From a virus: 64,000 bases of DNA. Below the pieces are notes generated by a model. That model worked only from the letters and a program-made list of their open reading frames with translations. It had not been told where the DNA came from and ran no database searches. Below, piece by piece: positions 39,857 through 51,029 of the stretch (the stretch's first letter is position 1; each line of letters begins with the position of its first letter). The stretch lies in IMG/VR virus record IMGVR_UViG_3300048929_000691; one strand, 5' to 3'. The translations under genes were made by a program, and so were the position numbers.

Positions 39857-42800
39857 TTTGTTTGGCAGAAGATTATAAGGAAATTCGAGATACAATTAAA
39901 TACACAATAAAAGAAAATTCAATTCTTCATGGGATAATTCCAATAGGCAGAATAGGAGTTACAGGTATTGAACTTTCAAATGCATATAAAAGAGATACGT
40001 ATAAAACTACTAAAGAAAATCCTTATGGTACTATTGCATTTGCAGATATAAAAGTTCAAGGGGATAGAATAAAGTTCACTTATACTTGTATGACAGGTTT
40101 TCATGGAGATGACTCTTTTGAATTCTTAATAACTTATTCTGATGGAACAAAGCAGCTTAGAGTAATTGAAATGGATGTTATTAAAAGCTTTTCCAATGAA
40201 AGTGTTACTAATCAATATTATGAATATTATTTAGATCCAGAATATAACTTGGTAGAAAATAATGGAATTAGAAGTATTGAAGTTAACTACAGTACTCAAT
40301 ATAAAGTCTCAGGTAAGGACCTACATCCAACTAAAGTTTCCTTAGCAGTTTCTGATGATAGTTTAAGTATAGAATCAAATTTACAAATAATGAATCATAT
40401 TAATACTGCAAGTAACTTCACATGTTCAGCAAGTACTCAAACTGTAGTTAATGCAAAAGTCATACGAGATGACAGCAGCGATAATATAGAATCAGCAAAG
40501 GGAAATAAAATATATGCAGTTCCAAAAGTAGATATTACACTAGCTTCAAAACTTCCCTTCAATGGAACAGAGTATTTAATATTAACCTTTAAAGACTTTG
40601 AAGATAAGAACGATGGAGAATGGTCTTATGGAGAAGAAGTAATAAATATAATCTTTAATGCACGAAAAATAGATGAAACAGCAACTACCTATGTTATAGG
40701 ACAGAATACTTGGACTTGGGATGATAAGCCTAAGTTTGAAGATACCAATGTCGATTTTCCAAAAGTTCCTTCTAATAGCTTTGAAAAATATGAAAGTGAT
40801 TTTCAAGATGGAAATCTTCTTAGGAATACTGATGCCCATTTTGAATTTAACAAATACAATAACAGAACCATAAGAGTAGGAAAGAATGTACCAGATTGTG
40901 CTGTAAATTTAGGCTTTTACTATAATACTGTTGCAAGTTTTAATGATACAATTTCAATTCAGGAAACAGACACAAATTCAGTTGGGGTGAAAAATGTTGT
41001 GAAGTGGATTAGTAAGAGAAATTTACCTGAAAAGAATGATGACTTTTTTCCAACAAATCTTGAATTTAATGGTGAAGATAATACAGAGTATCATGGATAT
41101 TCAGGAACGTTATATAGGCAGTATGTGGACTGGGATGAAAGTCTAGAAATAGATCAAAATCCTGAATATATTGAAGTTTACGAACAGTTTAGAGGAACAC
41201 AAAACGTAAGGATACCAAGAATAAAGAAGTATGATAATGGGAAAAAATTTGGTACCTTGAAATATATAAACTCTGCCAATGAACCTTATGATTTCTTCAA
41301 GGATAGTTATAATATTTTTACTATTAAAGGAGAAGGATTCGTTCCACGTTACTGGCTTATAAGTGCAAGATATGGAGGGATAATAAGTGATAAGATTCCT
41401 CTTTATAATGGTACTGCTAAATATTTAGGATATGTAACAAAAAAAGATGGCCTTAGCAATATTGATCCAGAAGCTGAGAGAGAATTTATAATGTATGCTG
41501 ATGAAAGTGGAATCCTTCATGATATAGAGGGAAATGATTTAATAGATGATGATTTATTTTATATCACAGATAAGTTTAAGGATGAAACCCCTCTTTACTA
41601 TAAATATAAGCTTAAATATAGAGTTTATAACAATCTTGGAAGAGATGAATATGGAAATTACAAGGCAGATAATATTAAATTGGTTAATGAAAATAATATG
41701 CCACTGCTTGATACTTATAAATATAAGGTCTTTTTAGAACCTACTAAATATGCTGATATTTTTGATGCTTATATATATACTAGCTTTGTGCCATTAGCTG
41801 CAAACCCTGTATATGCAATGTATGATGGTATAGCTCAGGAGGCTTATACCTTAAAAGATGAAATATCACCTCTTGATGTTAAAGTTGGAATCCTTGAAAA
41901 GATAAGTGTGATACAAGCAATGGATAATCATGTTGAGTATGAGGTAAAAGAAGCCCAAGGAATCACTCTTCAAACTAAAGTTAAAATGAAAGATTTTAAT
42001 GTTATATACGATGAAAGACGTAAAATAAGGATTCAATATGTAATATCAGCAGGAAGCATTAAGACTCCTCCAATAGAAGCAGAGGTACTAAATAAAAAGT
42101 ATGCTTTATATTCAGAGAAAGATTTATTTAAGAATGACAATATGATTGTATCTCCAAAGGCTGTAACAGGATATTTAACAGCAAAAAGTATATTGCTTAA
42201 GTATGCAGGAGAAGATCATCGTGAAGAAATCGAAAATGCTGAAGTAGTTAAAGTAGGAGTTGACATTGATGATTTCAATAGCTTTTTAGTAAGAGATAAA
42301 GTTATTTTATATACAGATCCAGATGGTTCTGGACTAATATATGCAAGAACCTATGAAGATACAGGTATTAAAAACACAGAAGATGGTGTTACAAGATATA
42401 ATAAATCCATGGATCCAGATAGTATTTATCAAGTAGTTAATGGAAAAATATTTAAAGGATATTCTGTTTTATGCAGAAACATAAATAAAATAAGGTTATG
42501 TGGCCCAGATGAAACAAATCCATTAAAAGAATGGTATCCAAAATTTAAATACAGCTACTTTAAAAAAGTATATGAAAATGATGATACCCAGTTAATATAT
42601 TCTATACCTGAGTTTCATTCGCAGGTTTGGGGAGTTTATGGCAGCCCATATAAAGATGTTAAAGATGAAATACCTCAATATGTTGGGAATAATACAGTAA
42701 AAACTGTCCACTATCCTTTATATGTGAAAGTAAATGCTTTAGGTAATCCTGTAAACATAGAAGCTTATAAAGTCCTTCATGATGGTTCCTTAAAACAACT

Positions 42801-43617
42801 TACTGTAGAAAGCTTTAATTTTAAATATGGATATATAGAATTTAAAAATGTTATTTCAGAAAATGATAATATACTTATAAATTATTCTTATGAAGAGCTA
42901 TTTTTTCACTATAAAGGCTATTATCCTTTAACAGATGGTAAAGCTGATAAGAATAAAAAGATGATTGATGTAAATATTAATCCAAGTAAATATTGTACTT
43001 ATACAGATACTAGTAATGAGATTCAGGAAGAAAAACAGGTTTATAATTTATTTAATAAAACTATTTATTTCTTCTTAAGACCAATGAGGCAAATTGAAGT
43101 AAAGACTAATAAAGTCAAAGAAGATAAAGATCAAGAATTTACAATATATCATAGATTTGATACTCAGGAAGCAGAAGGTAGCTTTGACTTGCTTATAGGA
43201 AGACTTTTTGTAAGACATCATGCATCTCAGAAATCAACAGTATTAATTGACACAAGGCAAAGAGGCGGCGGAATAATTGAAGCAATGTCTGATAAATTAA
43301 GGCAGGAGCTTGAGCCGGAAAGTGATTATTATTTAGATATAGGAACTTTAGATGGTAAGCCTTATCATGAAAATTCAGTTATAGTTATAAGACTTGATAA
43401 GAGGATGCTAAAAATAAATGGAGGAATATATTCTAGGGATGATATTGAAAATGCCGTTAATAGATGGTGTGCATATGGAATGTACCCAATTATAGAATAT
43501 GTCGATGTTGTAGATGATGAATTAATGCCTCAAAATACAATGAAGGTAAACAGAAAGGTAGTAAATGCACTTAATTTCAATCCATATATAACAGTTAAAG
43601 TTATTGATGAAAATTAA
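39853..43617 (+). CDS. Large 1254-aa baseplate/structural protein, N-terminal Ig/cadherin-like segment
   Basis: GTG start overlapping the previous stop; [24 protein letters not shown] resembles tandem Ig/cadherin-like repeats. Confidence 0.55.
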   Translation: MICLAEDYKEIRDTIKYTIKENSILHGIIPIGRIGVTGIELSNAYKRDTYKTTKENPYGTIAFADIKVQGDRIKFTYTCMTGFHGDDSFEFLITYSDGTKQLRVIEMDVIKSFSNESVTNQYYEYYLDPEYNLVENNGIRSIEVNYSTQYKVSGKDLHPTKVSLAVSDDSLSIESNLQIMNHINTASNFTCSASTQTVVNAKVIRDDSSDNIESAKGNKIYAVPKVDITLASKLPFNGTEYLILTFKDFEDKNDGEWSYGEEVINIIFNARKIDETATTYVIGQNTWTWDDKPKFEDTNVDFPKVPSNSFEKYESDFQDGNLLRNTDAHFEFNKYNNRTIRVGKNVPDCAVNLGFYYNTVASFNDTISIQETDTNSVGVKNVVKWISKRNLPEKNDDFFPTNLEFNGEDNTEYHGYSGTLYRQYVDWDESLEIDQNPEYIEVYEQFRGTQNVRIPRIKKYDNGKKFGTLKYINSANEPYDFFKDSYNIFTIKGEGFVPRYWLISARYGGIISDKIPLYNGTAKYLGYVTKKDGLSNIDPEAEREFIMYADESGILHDIEGNDLIDDDLFYITDKFKDETPLYYKYKLKYRVYNNLGRDEYGNYKADNIKLVNENNMPLLDTYKYKVFLEPTKYADIFDAYIYTSFVPLAANPVYAMYDGIAQEAYTLKDEISPLDVKVGILEKISVIQAMDNHVEYEVKEAQGITLQTKVKMKDFNVIYDERRKIRIQYVISAGSIKTPPIEAEVLNKKYALYSEKDLFKNDNMIVSPKAVTGYLTAKSILLKYAGEDHREEIENAEVVKVGVDIDDFNSFLVRDKVILYTDPDGSGLIYARTYEDTGIKNTEDGVTRYNKSMDPDSIYQVVNGKIFKGYSVLCRNINKIRLCGPDETNPLKEWYPKFKYSYFKKVYENDDTQLIYSIPEFHSQVWGVYGSPYKDVKDEIPQYVGNNTVKTVHYPLYVKVNALGNPVNIEAYKVLHDGSLKQLTVESFNFKYGYIEFKNVISENDNILINYSYEELFFHYKGYYPLTDGKADKNKKMIDVNINPSKYCTYTDTSNEIQEEKQVYNLFNKTIYFFLRPMRQIEVKTNKVKEDKDQEFTIYHRFDTQEAEGSFDLLIGRLFVRHHASQKSTVLIDTRQRGGGIIEAMSDKLRQELEPESDYYLDIGTLDGKPYHENSVIVIRLDKRMLKINGGIYSRDDIENAVNRWCAYGMYPIIEYVDVVDDELMPQNTMKVNRKVVNALNFNPYITVKVIDEN

Positions 43618-43672
43618 ATAATGAAGTGCGAGCTATATTGTAAGCTACTTTAATGTAAAGGAAGTGTAACTG

Positions 43673-45100
43673 TTGAAAACAAATTTAATTAAAATATATA
43701 AATCATCTTCTGGAGATATGACTCATTATATATATCGCAGTAAGAGTATTCCTATAGAAAAAGATTTAGAGGAATTCATAGATAACAGAACTCCTGTTGG
43801 CGTTATATCAGAAATAGCTGATACTAAGACAGTAACAGTTGAAGAATTAAAAAATGTATCAATGCTTGTAGATAAAGCACCTAAAAATCATCAAGGCTAT
43901 ACAGGCTTCAGTTTGCCTTTTAATTTTAACGTACCTAATTCCACTTATTGTATTAAGTTTAGAAATAGTGTAGATTCAACAAAAGATGATGCCATATATA
44001 AAATTTTTATAGGTGCCAATGTTATAACTCATGTGCAACAACTAGATGATAATGATAATGTATTAAATGATATAACTGATAGTGATTTATTAGCTAAAAG
44101 TTTTGTATTATTAAAAAATTCAATATTATTTAGCAATGATTTTGACTTAAATTATAAAAGCATAACTTTCTATGGTGATTTAACAGTATACAATTTTTAT
44201 GATGTGGGAAAAGGATTTGAAGATGTGACGCCTGAGAGAGGACATGGAATATATAAGCCCATTCTTAGAACAATAAATACAACAGATTATACAGCATTTT
44301 ATCAAGGTGCCGATTTTAGAAAGAATATTTATTATTATTATGTTATAGCAAAGGATAGCAGTGGAAACATTTCAGATATAAGCAATACTGCAATATCTGA
44401 GATTTCAGAACCACATTTAAGTTTTTACTTAAAGGCAAGCAGTAATTATTATAGTGGAGAGAAGCCAATTTTTGATGAAGTTTTAGGTACAGCTTCTTCT
44501 ATAGAGGAAATTCGCGTACCAAAAGAAAAGCTTGTAAGCAGTATAATACCAACGGAGGGTATAAGTATTTATGCTTCAGAATTAGATGAAGATGGAGCTA
44601 GGGTTTTAAAGATAACTAATATCTGGAATTCTGATAGCAGAAAATTAATGCTTAGAAATAAAAAAGTATTAAAGGGCATTAATTCATGCATTGATGAGAA
44701 TTCTGCAACCATTAGTGTAGAATCTGATCCGTTCATATTTGATGATGGTAAAGAGGAAGTTTTTATTGATAAAATTGAAATTCTTAGGAAAGATGTAACA
44801 TTACTTTCAGAAGATGATAGAAATAAACCTATTGAATATAATGATATTGATGGAAGAGTACTTAAAGTTTTTGTAAGACAGGGAGGAGTCTATTATCAAG
44901 AATATTTCTTAAGGAATGAGAAAATGGAAGAAAATGATTACGATTATCCAACATATCTAGTATCTTCAATAACCCTCGATTCAAGATTTCCTAATTTAAA
45001 AGTAAATGATATAGGAATAAGAGGTAATAAATATAATTACACAATGTATTTGTATGATAAATACAAGAAAATTTCAAAAGCGATTGTGAGTGTGGTATAA
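43673..45100 (+). CDS. Structural protein with Fn3-like segment
   Basis: TTG start with RBS AAAGGAAG; IYYYYVIAKDSSGNISDISN is an Fn3-type C-terminal motif. Confidence 0.5.
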   Translation: MKTNLIKIYKSSSGDMTHYIYRSKSIPIEKDLEEFIDNRTPVGVISEIADTKTVTVEELKNVSMLVDKAPKNHQGYTGFSLPFNFNVPNSTYCIKFRNSVDSTKDDAIYKIFIGANVITHVQQLDDNDNVLNDITDSDLLAKSFVLLKNSILFSNDFDLNYKSITFYGDLTVYNFYDVGKGFEDVTPERGHGIYKPILRTINTTDYTAFYQGADFRKNIYYYYVIAKDSSGNISDISNTAISEISEPHLSFYLKASSNYYSGEKPIFDEVLGTASSIEEIRVPKEKLVSSIIPTEGISIYASELDEDGARVLKITNIWNSDSRKLMLRNKKVLKGINSCIDENSATISVESDPFIFDDGKEEVFIDKIEILRKDVTLLSEDDRNKPIEYNDIDGRVLKVFVRQGGVYYQEYFLRNEKMEENDYDYPTYLVSSITLDSRFPNLKVNDIGIRGNKYNYTMYLYDKYKKISKAIVSVV

Positions 45101-45556
45101 ATGCTTAAGTTAGTTGATGAAAATATAATTACTTTTGAAAGATTACCTTATTATTTGTGTAAAGGCTATAACTTAACTATAACTTATAGTGATGGCATCG
45201 AAGAAACAATATATATTGAAAATACTAAAAGCGCAAATTATATAAGAGAAAAAAAGGAACTTGAGTATAACGCAGGATTACTTTGGACTCTACCAGCGGA
45301 TATATATGCAGAAAATGCTTCGGAAATGAAGGTATATGTAAATAATGTTCAAATAAACACAAATTATTATAACTATAATATAGCAAGCAGGATGATGTCC
45401 ATTGATGTATTAAATATAACTGCAAATGATACAATTGAGGTCGAATTCGATAAAGATAAAATGCAATATATCCATAGCAGCGAAAAAACCTGTACCTATT
45501 ACATATACCCGATATTTAGAAATAATTATAAAATAGGGCAGCATACTAAACTTTAA
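45101..45556 (+). CDS. Hypothetical 151-aa structural protein
   Basis: Abuts the previous gene; contains MKVYVNNVQI..NYYNY...I..NDTIEVEF, a small beta-domain like those inserted in the sheath. Confidence 0.55.
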   Translation: MLKLVDENIITFERLPYYLCKGYNLTITYSDGIEETIYIENTKSANYIREKKELEYNAGLLWTLPADIYAENASEMKVYVNNVQINTNYYNYNIASRMMSIDVLNITANDTIEVEFDKDKMQYIHSSEKTCTYYIYPIFRNNYKIGQHTKL

Positions 45557-45570
45557 AGGAGGGGATAATT

Positions 45571-46422
45571 ATGGCTGATTTTAAGAAAATAACAAAAGCA
45601 GATATAGAGCAGGATGTAAGCACTAGAAAAATAGCTGATGATATAACGAGACATGATATTGCCGAATTTGGAGACAACACTTTTTTAAATTCTGTAAAGA
45701 TATCTTTTGATAATAATAAATATGTAAATTCCATGTTCGTAAATGAAGTTAAGGACAGAGAATACTCTGATTTCTATTTATCAGATAATATGGTTTATAA
45801 CTCAATAGAATCTAGTCTTAAGGTTAAGGATTTAACTAAAAATGGTGTGTATTATTCAACTGAAAAATGTACTGATGAAACCTATAAATCCCAATTAAAT
45901 AATTTCTTCTTGGTAGTAGATGAAGTAATACCAACAGGTTGTGATATTATTTATCACATTATTACAGATGACAATAGAAATTTTTTAATTAAAGCAAATG
46001 ATACAGTACCATTAGTTTTAAATATTCCATGTTATAGTTTTAGACTTAAGGCAAATTTATTGAGTAATAAGATAAACACGCCAGTAATTAATGGCTTTGC
46101 TGTACTATATTATGATGATTATGTTCAAAAAGCATACAGATTAATAAATGTAGACTTAAGTAAGGATGAGGATAATAGTGATACTATAACTCTTGTTAGA
46201 GATAGGGATTACGAAGACAAGTTAGTTAGAGTATTAACGGATAACACAAGAATAGAACTTACCTATGATGATGAAAAGGATAAGAGATTAGCAAGTGTTG
46301 AAACCTATGAGTTGCAGACTTCCTTATTAGTAGAAGAAAGTGACATGGTATATTTAAATTACACAGACAGCTCTGGTGTAACAGAGGAAGTATTAACTAA
46401 GATTATTACTAACAAATATTAA
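45571..46422 (+). CDS. Hypothetical 283-aa structural protein
   Basis: Strong RBS AAAGGAGGGG; no specific motif recognised. Confidence 0.55.
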   Translation: MADFKKITKADIEQDVSTRKIADDITRHDIAEFGDNTFLNSVKISFDNNKYVNSMFVNEVKDREYSDFYLSDNMVYNSIESSLKVKDLTKNGVYYSTEKCTDETYKSQLNNFFLVVDEVIPTGCDIIYHIITDDNRNFLIKANDTVPLVLNIPCYSFRLKANLLSNKINTPVINGFAVLYYDDYVQKAYRLINVDLSKDEDNSDTITLVRDRDYEDKLVRVLTDNTRIELTYDDEKDKRLASVETYELQTSLLVEESDMVYLNYTDSSGVTEEVLTKIITNKY

Positions 46423-46433
46423 GGGTGATAAAT

Positions 46434-48251
46434 ATGAGAATAGATAAAAAGAATGATGCAACATACACTAAAGAATTAGATGAAATGGAAAAATATTTCC
46501 TTAATATGTTTAAAAGATTTATTGAAAATGATCCTGGGTTTTTAGATAAATCTGTTGAGTCAATAATTACGGAAGCAGTTAAGAGAGCAAAAAAGGAAAT
46601 TATATTTGAAAAAGCTTCAGGAGTATTAAGTATAAACAATATGTCTGGTGTTGTTAAATTAACCTTGGATGATTTAAATGGTGAACCTAAGATTTTAACA
46701 AAATATTCAGCCTTTAATAGGCCTTTTGGCACTGATAGTGGTACAGTATGTGAAGGAAATGATCCAAGATTATCAGATGCAAGGACTCCAATGCCTCATA
46801 ACCATAATGATTTATATTACCTAAAATCGGAGCTTGTGACCCATACTGAAGATGGTTATATGGATAAGCTTGATAAGATTAAGTTAGATGGAATAGAGGC
46901 AAATGCAAATTTTTATATCCATCCAATAGGACCAGGATATAACCATATTCCTGCTGGAGGAACTAGTGGACAATACTTAAAATGGCACAGTGATGGGGAA
47001 GCAGTGTGGGAAGATGTTGCCTTAAATAAAGTAACTGAGACAGCTGATGGAATAATGTCAAAGGAAGATAAGATAAAACTAGATGGAATAGAGTCAAATG
47101 TAAAAAATTATATTCATCCAACGGGTTCTGGATATAACCATATTCCGGCAGGAGGTAATTCTGACCAAATATTAGAATGGAAAGCTGATGGAGATGCACA
47201 GTGGAAATCAAAGCCATGTGGAAATAATGGGCAAGTATATTATATAAAAGGCAATAGTTCAAGTGAAATAACTCCAGGATATATTTTATATAAAGCAACT
47301 ATAATTGAAACAGATAAGGAACTTGAGGATGCAAAAGTAACCTTAATAGATCCTTCAGTTATTTATAATACTTGGTATAGATTTTCACATGATAGTAGCG
47401 AAAATCAGCTAGCGGTAACATCAGAAATTACTGGTTGGGTTTATGATTCGGATAAGAAAAAGATAATCTGTCAAAATAATTCTATCAGTTATATTGGATT
47501 TATAAGCCCAGAAAAATATGATAATTATAATCTTGAAGTTACTATATCATCAACAGATATGGATAATGATGCTATAGGAGTTGTAATAGCTTTTACAAAG
47601 GATGCAGCTGGAAGAGAATATACTCTTTCTGTTATAAGAGCAAGGGGCTTTGACCCCCATGTTTTAATTGAAAATACATCAACTCAATATGCAATTGTAT
47701 ATAACTATAATAGAAGTGATGAAAAATTAATAAGTTATTGTTCAATTAGTTCAGATAGTATCGGTGGCTGGTCAGATATACCAAATGGTATAAGATTGAA
47801 AATAATAAGAGATGGAGATAAGATAACAACTTATAGCTCGGATATGAATTCAACAACAGTTTCTCCTTATAATAAAATTGATATTGATTTAAATTCTAAT
47901 GGCTTACTTAGTAAATTTAAAGGACCATGTCAATATGGGTATTCTTGTCTATCTCAAATGTATTCTAGTTTTTCAGATATAAAATTTGATAAAGATAATA
48001 AATATATTTATGATTCAAGAACAAATGCAACTTGGATGGTAGATGTCGCTGGAAATTGGAGCATTGACTCTACTAAAAAAGTATCAAGTGAATTTGGAAT
48101 TGGAAAGTTTGTATTTAATGAAGTAACTAAAAAGCTATATTATATTAATGATTCTGATAATATAATATCTTTTAATAGTGATTATATTAAAAAAAGTGAA
48201 TTAAATTCTTATCTTGATAATTATTTGAAAAGTAAAGGAGTGGTTAGTTAA
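46434..48251 (+). CDS. Tail fibre protein with duplicated 65-aa shaft repeat and lectin-like (TSP-C/LamG-type) head
   Basis: ATG 46434 with RBS AAGGGTGA preferred over GTG 46425. GTVCEGNDPRLSDARTP.PH.H and 2x DG.M.K.DKIKLDGIE...YIHP.G.GYNHIPAGG.S.Q.L.W..DG.A.W are fibre motifs; STDMDNDAIGVVIAF is TSP-C-like. Confidence 0.7.
   Translation: MRIDKKNDATYTKELDEMEKYFLNMFKRFIENDPGFLDKSVESIITEAVKRAKKEIIFEKASGVLSINNMSGVVKLTLDDLNGEPKILTKYSAFNRPFGTDSGTVCEGNDPRLSDARTPMPHNHNDLYYLKSELVTHTEDGYMDKLDKIKLDGIEANANFYIHPIGPGYNHIPAGGTSGQYLKWHSDGEAVWEDVALNKVTETADGIMSKEDKIKLDGIESNVKNYIHPTGSGYNHIPAGGNSDQILEWKADGDAQWKSKPCGNNGQVYYIKGNSSSEITPGYILYKATIIETDKELEDAKVTLIDPSVIYNTWYRFSHDSSENQLAVTSEITGWVYDSDKKKIICQNNSISYIGFISPEKYDNYNLEVTISSTDMDNDAIGVVIAFTKDAAGREYTLSVIRARGFDPHVLIENTSTQYAIVYNYNRSDEKLISYCSISSDSIGGWSDIPNGIRLKIIRDGDKITTYSSDMNSTTVSPYNKIDIDLNSNGLLSKFKGPCQYGYSCLSQMYSSFSDIKFDKDNKYIYDSRTNATWMVDVAGNWSIDSTKKVSSEFGIGKFVFNEVTKKLYYINDSDNIISFNSDYIKKSELNSYLDNYLKSKGVVS
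46851..47204 (+). repeat. Internal 195-nt-period duplication in tail fibre
   Basis: Copies start at about 46851 and 47046 (shared TAGATGGAATAGAG and GGATATAACCATATTCC). Confidence 0.75.
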
Positions 48252-48600
48252 TGAAAAAATATCTAGACAATAGTGGATTAACTTATTATTCTACTAAATT
48301 ATATGATTATCTTAAAAACAAACTTACTGTATTAAATTCTAATATTTCTACTTTGGAAGCAAAAGTCGATTCCGACAATAAGGATTTAAATACTAAAATA
48401 GAAAGTAATAATCAAATTATAAATCAGAATACTTCTGATATAAAAACTGCAAATAGCAATATCAGTAATCTATCAACTAAGGTTGATAATAATTATGATG
48501 AGCTTAAGGCTGATTTTAATTCTGCAGATATGAGACCTACAGGGGATTCTATTTTTATAAATAACGTGGAGCAATTTGTATTTAAGGATATAGGCGCTGG
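48224..48600 (+). repeat. Direct repeat, copy 1 (copy 2 starts at 55693)
   Basis: TTTGAAAAGTAAAGGAGTGGTTAGTTAATGA and the following ~330 nt recur at 55693 with scattered substitutions. Confidence 0.85.
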
Positions 48601-48907
48601 AGAAACAGTTACAATCCCAAATTCAGGAGATGGAAGTGACTTTCTTATAGAGTGTTTTGTAAAAACAGAAACTGGAACACCACTTGTCCATAAGAGCTTA
48701 AATATTAATACTTCTACAAAAGATTTATTAGAATATGATGATAGATATGTTGAAATAACAGATGATGGAGCAAAGCCTAAAGATAATGTAACCTTAGATT
48801 TAACTTTGCAAGGCACAATTGGTGAATATAATATCTACACTACTGATTTACTTCCAGTAGAACTGGTAGATAGTATAAATAATTTAACAGATTATAAATT
48901 ATCTTAG
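48251..48907 (+). CDS. Fibre adaptor-like protein (KYLD..GL..Y N-terminus, coiled coil), copy 1
   Basis: Paralogue of 55720..56391 with clear DNA identity over the first ~330 nt. Confidence 0.7.
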   Translation: MKKYLDNSGLTYYSTKLYDYLKNKLTVLNSNISTLEAKVDSDNKDLNTKIESNNQIINQNTSDIKTANSNISNLSTKVDNNYDELKADFNSADMRPTGDSIFINNVEQFVFKDIGAGETVTIPNSGDGSDFLIECFVKTETGTPLVHKSLNINTSTKDLLEYDDRYVEITDDGAKPKDNVTLDLTLQGTIGEYNIYTTDLLPVELVDSINNLTDYKLS

Positions 48908-48925
48908 ACGAAAGTGGTGCTTAAA

Positions 48926-49570
48926 ATGAATTGCCTTATATATTCAGGAAATAAATACTTTGGTATTGAAAATAATGAATTAACTGAAACTACATTAAAT
49001 ATTGAAAATGCTTTTGACTCATCCCTTTTAGATTCTTTAAGGGATGAGTTAAAAGCATATGCACCTTTTAAAATTGTATTATTTAATGCTAATAAGAATA
49101 AGAGCATGGTCTATAAAATAAATAGTTCCAATGCTTTTATTCTTATAAATTTAACTAATATAAAGCATGAGAACATTCAATTTGAAAACAAGCATAAGAT
49201 GCTCGTATCAAATGATTTAAAAAATTGGGATAACTACTATGATTCTAATAATTGTGACTCTAGATATTTTGAGAACTATTCTGATAGATACATCAAAGAT
49301 TATGTAAATAGTAAATGCAAATATATTAACTATATTAGCAAAAATTATAACTATATTTTATTAAAATTGAATGATGGAGAATTGCTAAATAAATTATTTG
49401 AAAATATATTAGGAGAATATAAGAGGATTGATTATGATACAAATTTTAATACAGGAGCAATAAATCAAGTGACTGTAACTTTTCCAGAAAAATATAGTCA
49501 AGTATTAATCAAAAAAACAAAATCTGTGGAAAGCAAGATAGTTATTAAGGATAGTATAGCTGGTTTTTAG
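48926..49570 (+). CDS. Stand-alone homologue of the C-terminal domain of the glycine-rich proteins
   Basis: ATG 48926 preferred (RBS GAAAGTGGTG). Ends VTFPEKYSQVLIKKTK, compare FEKEYSEILINRLTK in 49581; starts LIYSGNKYFGI, compare LLQKDNKLYIP. Confidence 0.5.
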   Translation: MNCLIYSGNKYFGIENNELTETTLNIENAFDSSLLDSLRDELKAYAPFKIVLFNANKNKSMVYKINSSNAFILINLTNIKHENIQFENKHKMLVSNDLKNWDNYYDSNNCDSRYFENYSDRYIKDYVNSKCKYINYISKNYNYILLKLNDGELLNKLFENILGEYKRIDYDTNFNTGAINQVTVTFPEKYSQVLIKKTKSVESKIVIKDSIAGF

Positions 49571-49580
49571 GAGGTGGATT

Positions 49581-51017
49581 ATGCTTAAAGAATTTACTTT
49601 TAATTATACTGGAAAGGTACAAACTTTGATTGTACCTGCTACAGGTAACTATAAACTTGAATGTTTTGGTGCCTCAGGTGGTATAGGTTATGGGAATGCA
49701 AATCCTTTTGGATTAGGTGGATATGCCTGTGGCGAAATTAAATTAAATAAAGGTGATATTCTATATGTTTATGTTGGTGAAGATGGAGTTAACACTATAA
49801 CAACACCTTCATTTGGTGGAGGTGGTGCAGCTTTTTCAACTTCAGGCCATAATGGAGGCAGAGGTGGTGGAGCTTCTGATATAAGGCTTGGTTCAGATGA
49901 TTTAAAATGTAGAATAATTGTAGCAGGAGGAGGCGGCGGAGCTCAACCAAGTTGTGGAGGCAACCACACTACCGCAGGACATGGAGGGGGATTAATTGGT
50001 GCACAAAGTTATAATCAAGCTGGTGGATATGCAGGATCGTATGCAAATGGAGGAACTCAAACCGCTGGAGGAACTTCTGGAAATGTAAGTGGACAATGGC
50101 ATGCTAATGGAAGTTTTGGATATGGTGCTAATTCACAAACCTGTGGTGCTGGTGGTGGTGGAGGCTGGTATGGAGGAGGCTCTACCTATACTGCTGGAGG
50201 AGGTGGAGGGTCGTCTTACTTAGGAACTCTTAAAAATTCTTCTACATCCTCTGGTATTAACAAAGGAAATGGGAAAGTAGTTATATCCTTAATTTACGAT
50301 GAAGTTGCTTTCTTTTTTGTGAAAGGTGAAGAATATTATTTGCCAATAGCAAAATATTTTGATATTGGTACAAAAATGTTTAAAGCTGTTAGTTTAAATG
50401 ACTTAAGGTCTGAAATTAATAATAGCAACTATGGAAATGTAAGTTTATATAATATAAATGCACCATTTGTAATAGATTCAATTTCATATAATCCACTTGA
50501 TTATCTAGATATATCTAAATGTAAAATATGTGTTATACCTAATGGGTCTAGGGCTAATGACCATGTGAAAGAACTAGATATTAATTATGTTCCTACCTCT
50601 AAAGCTTTATCTAAAACTAACATTAAAATTAAAGATATGTACACTCCTTATAAAGATAACATTCAAAATCCATTTTTGAATATAGAAGCAGCAAATAAAG
50701 CTAATATTAGCTTTCTCATAAATTATGAAAATTTATATGATATCGTAAATGACGATTGCAGTTTAATAGATAAAAAATTAATAAAAGATAATTTCTGCCT
50801 AAGCTTTAAATTAAATGATGTAGTGAGTTTGTTAAAATCAGTATCGTTATGCAGCAGAGATATTAATTATTTTAAAATAAGAGATGATGATTTAAATGTA
50901 AGCAATGATTATATAAATACTCAAATTGCTTTTGAGAAAGAATACTCAGAGATATTAATAAATAGGTTGACTAAACAATATTTTAAGTATTTAGACGATA
51001 ATTTGGACACATTCTAA
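49581..51017 (+). CDS. Glycine-rich (ALK/LTK-like polyglycine-II) domain protein, subtype A1; candidate receptor-binding protein
   Basis: FNYTGKVQT...YKLECFGASGG...GGGASDIR...RIIVAGGGGG...GGGGGWYGGG...GGGGSSY...GNGKVVI plus ~235-aa C-terminal domain. Confidence 0.75.
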   Translation: MLKEFTFNYTGKVQTLIVPATGNYKLECFGASGGIGYGNANPFGLGGYACGEIKLNKGDILYVYVGEDGVNTITTPSFGGGGAAFSTSGHNGGRGGGASDIRLGSDDLKCRIIVAGGGGGAQPSCGGNHTTAGHGGGLIGAQSYNQAGGYAGSYANGGTQTAGGTSGNVSGQWHANGSFGYGANSQTCGAGGGGGWYGGGSTYTAGGGGGSSYLGTLKNSSTSSGINKGNGKVVISLIYDEVAFFFVKGEEYYLPIAKYFDIGTKMFKAVSLNDLRSEINNSNYGNVSLYNINAPFVIDSISYNPLDYLDISKCKICVIPNGSRANDHVKELDINYVPTSKALSKTNIKIKDMYTPYKDNIQNPFLNIEAANKANISFLINYENLYDIVNDDCSLIDKKLIKDNFCLSFKLNDVVSLLKSVSLCSRDINYFKIRDDDLNVSNDYINTQIAFEKEYSEILINRLTKQYFKYLDDNLDTF

Positions 51018-51029
51018 CGAGGTGGTTTT

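Noticed and set aside
20765-43617. Inteins, group I/II introns or a virion RNA polymerase within the giant ORFs
   Set aside because: No Hint-domain C-terminal HN-[CST] with matching N-terminal block, no LAGLIDADG/HNH motifs, no frame interruptions and no DxDGD motif were found by eye.
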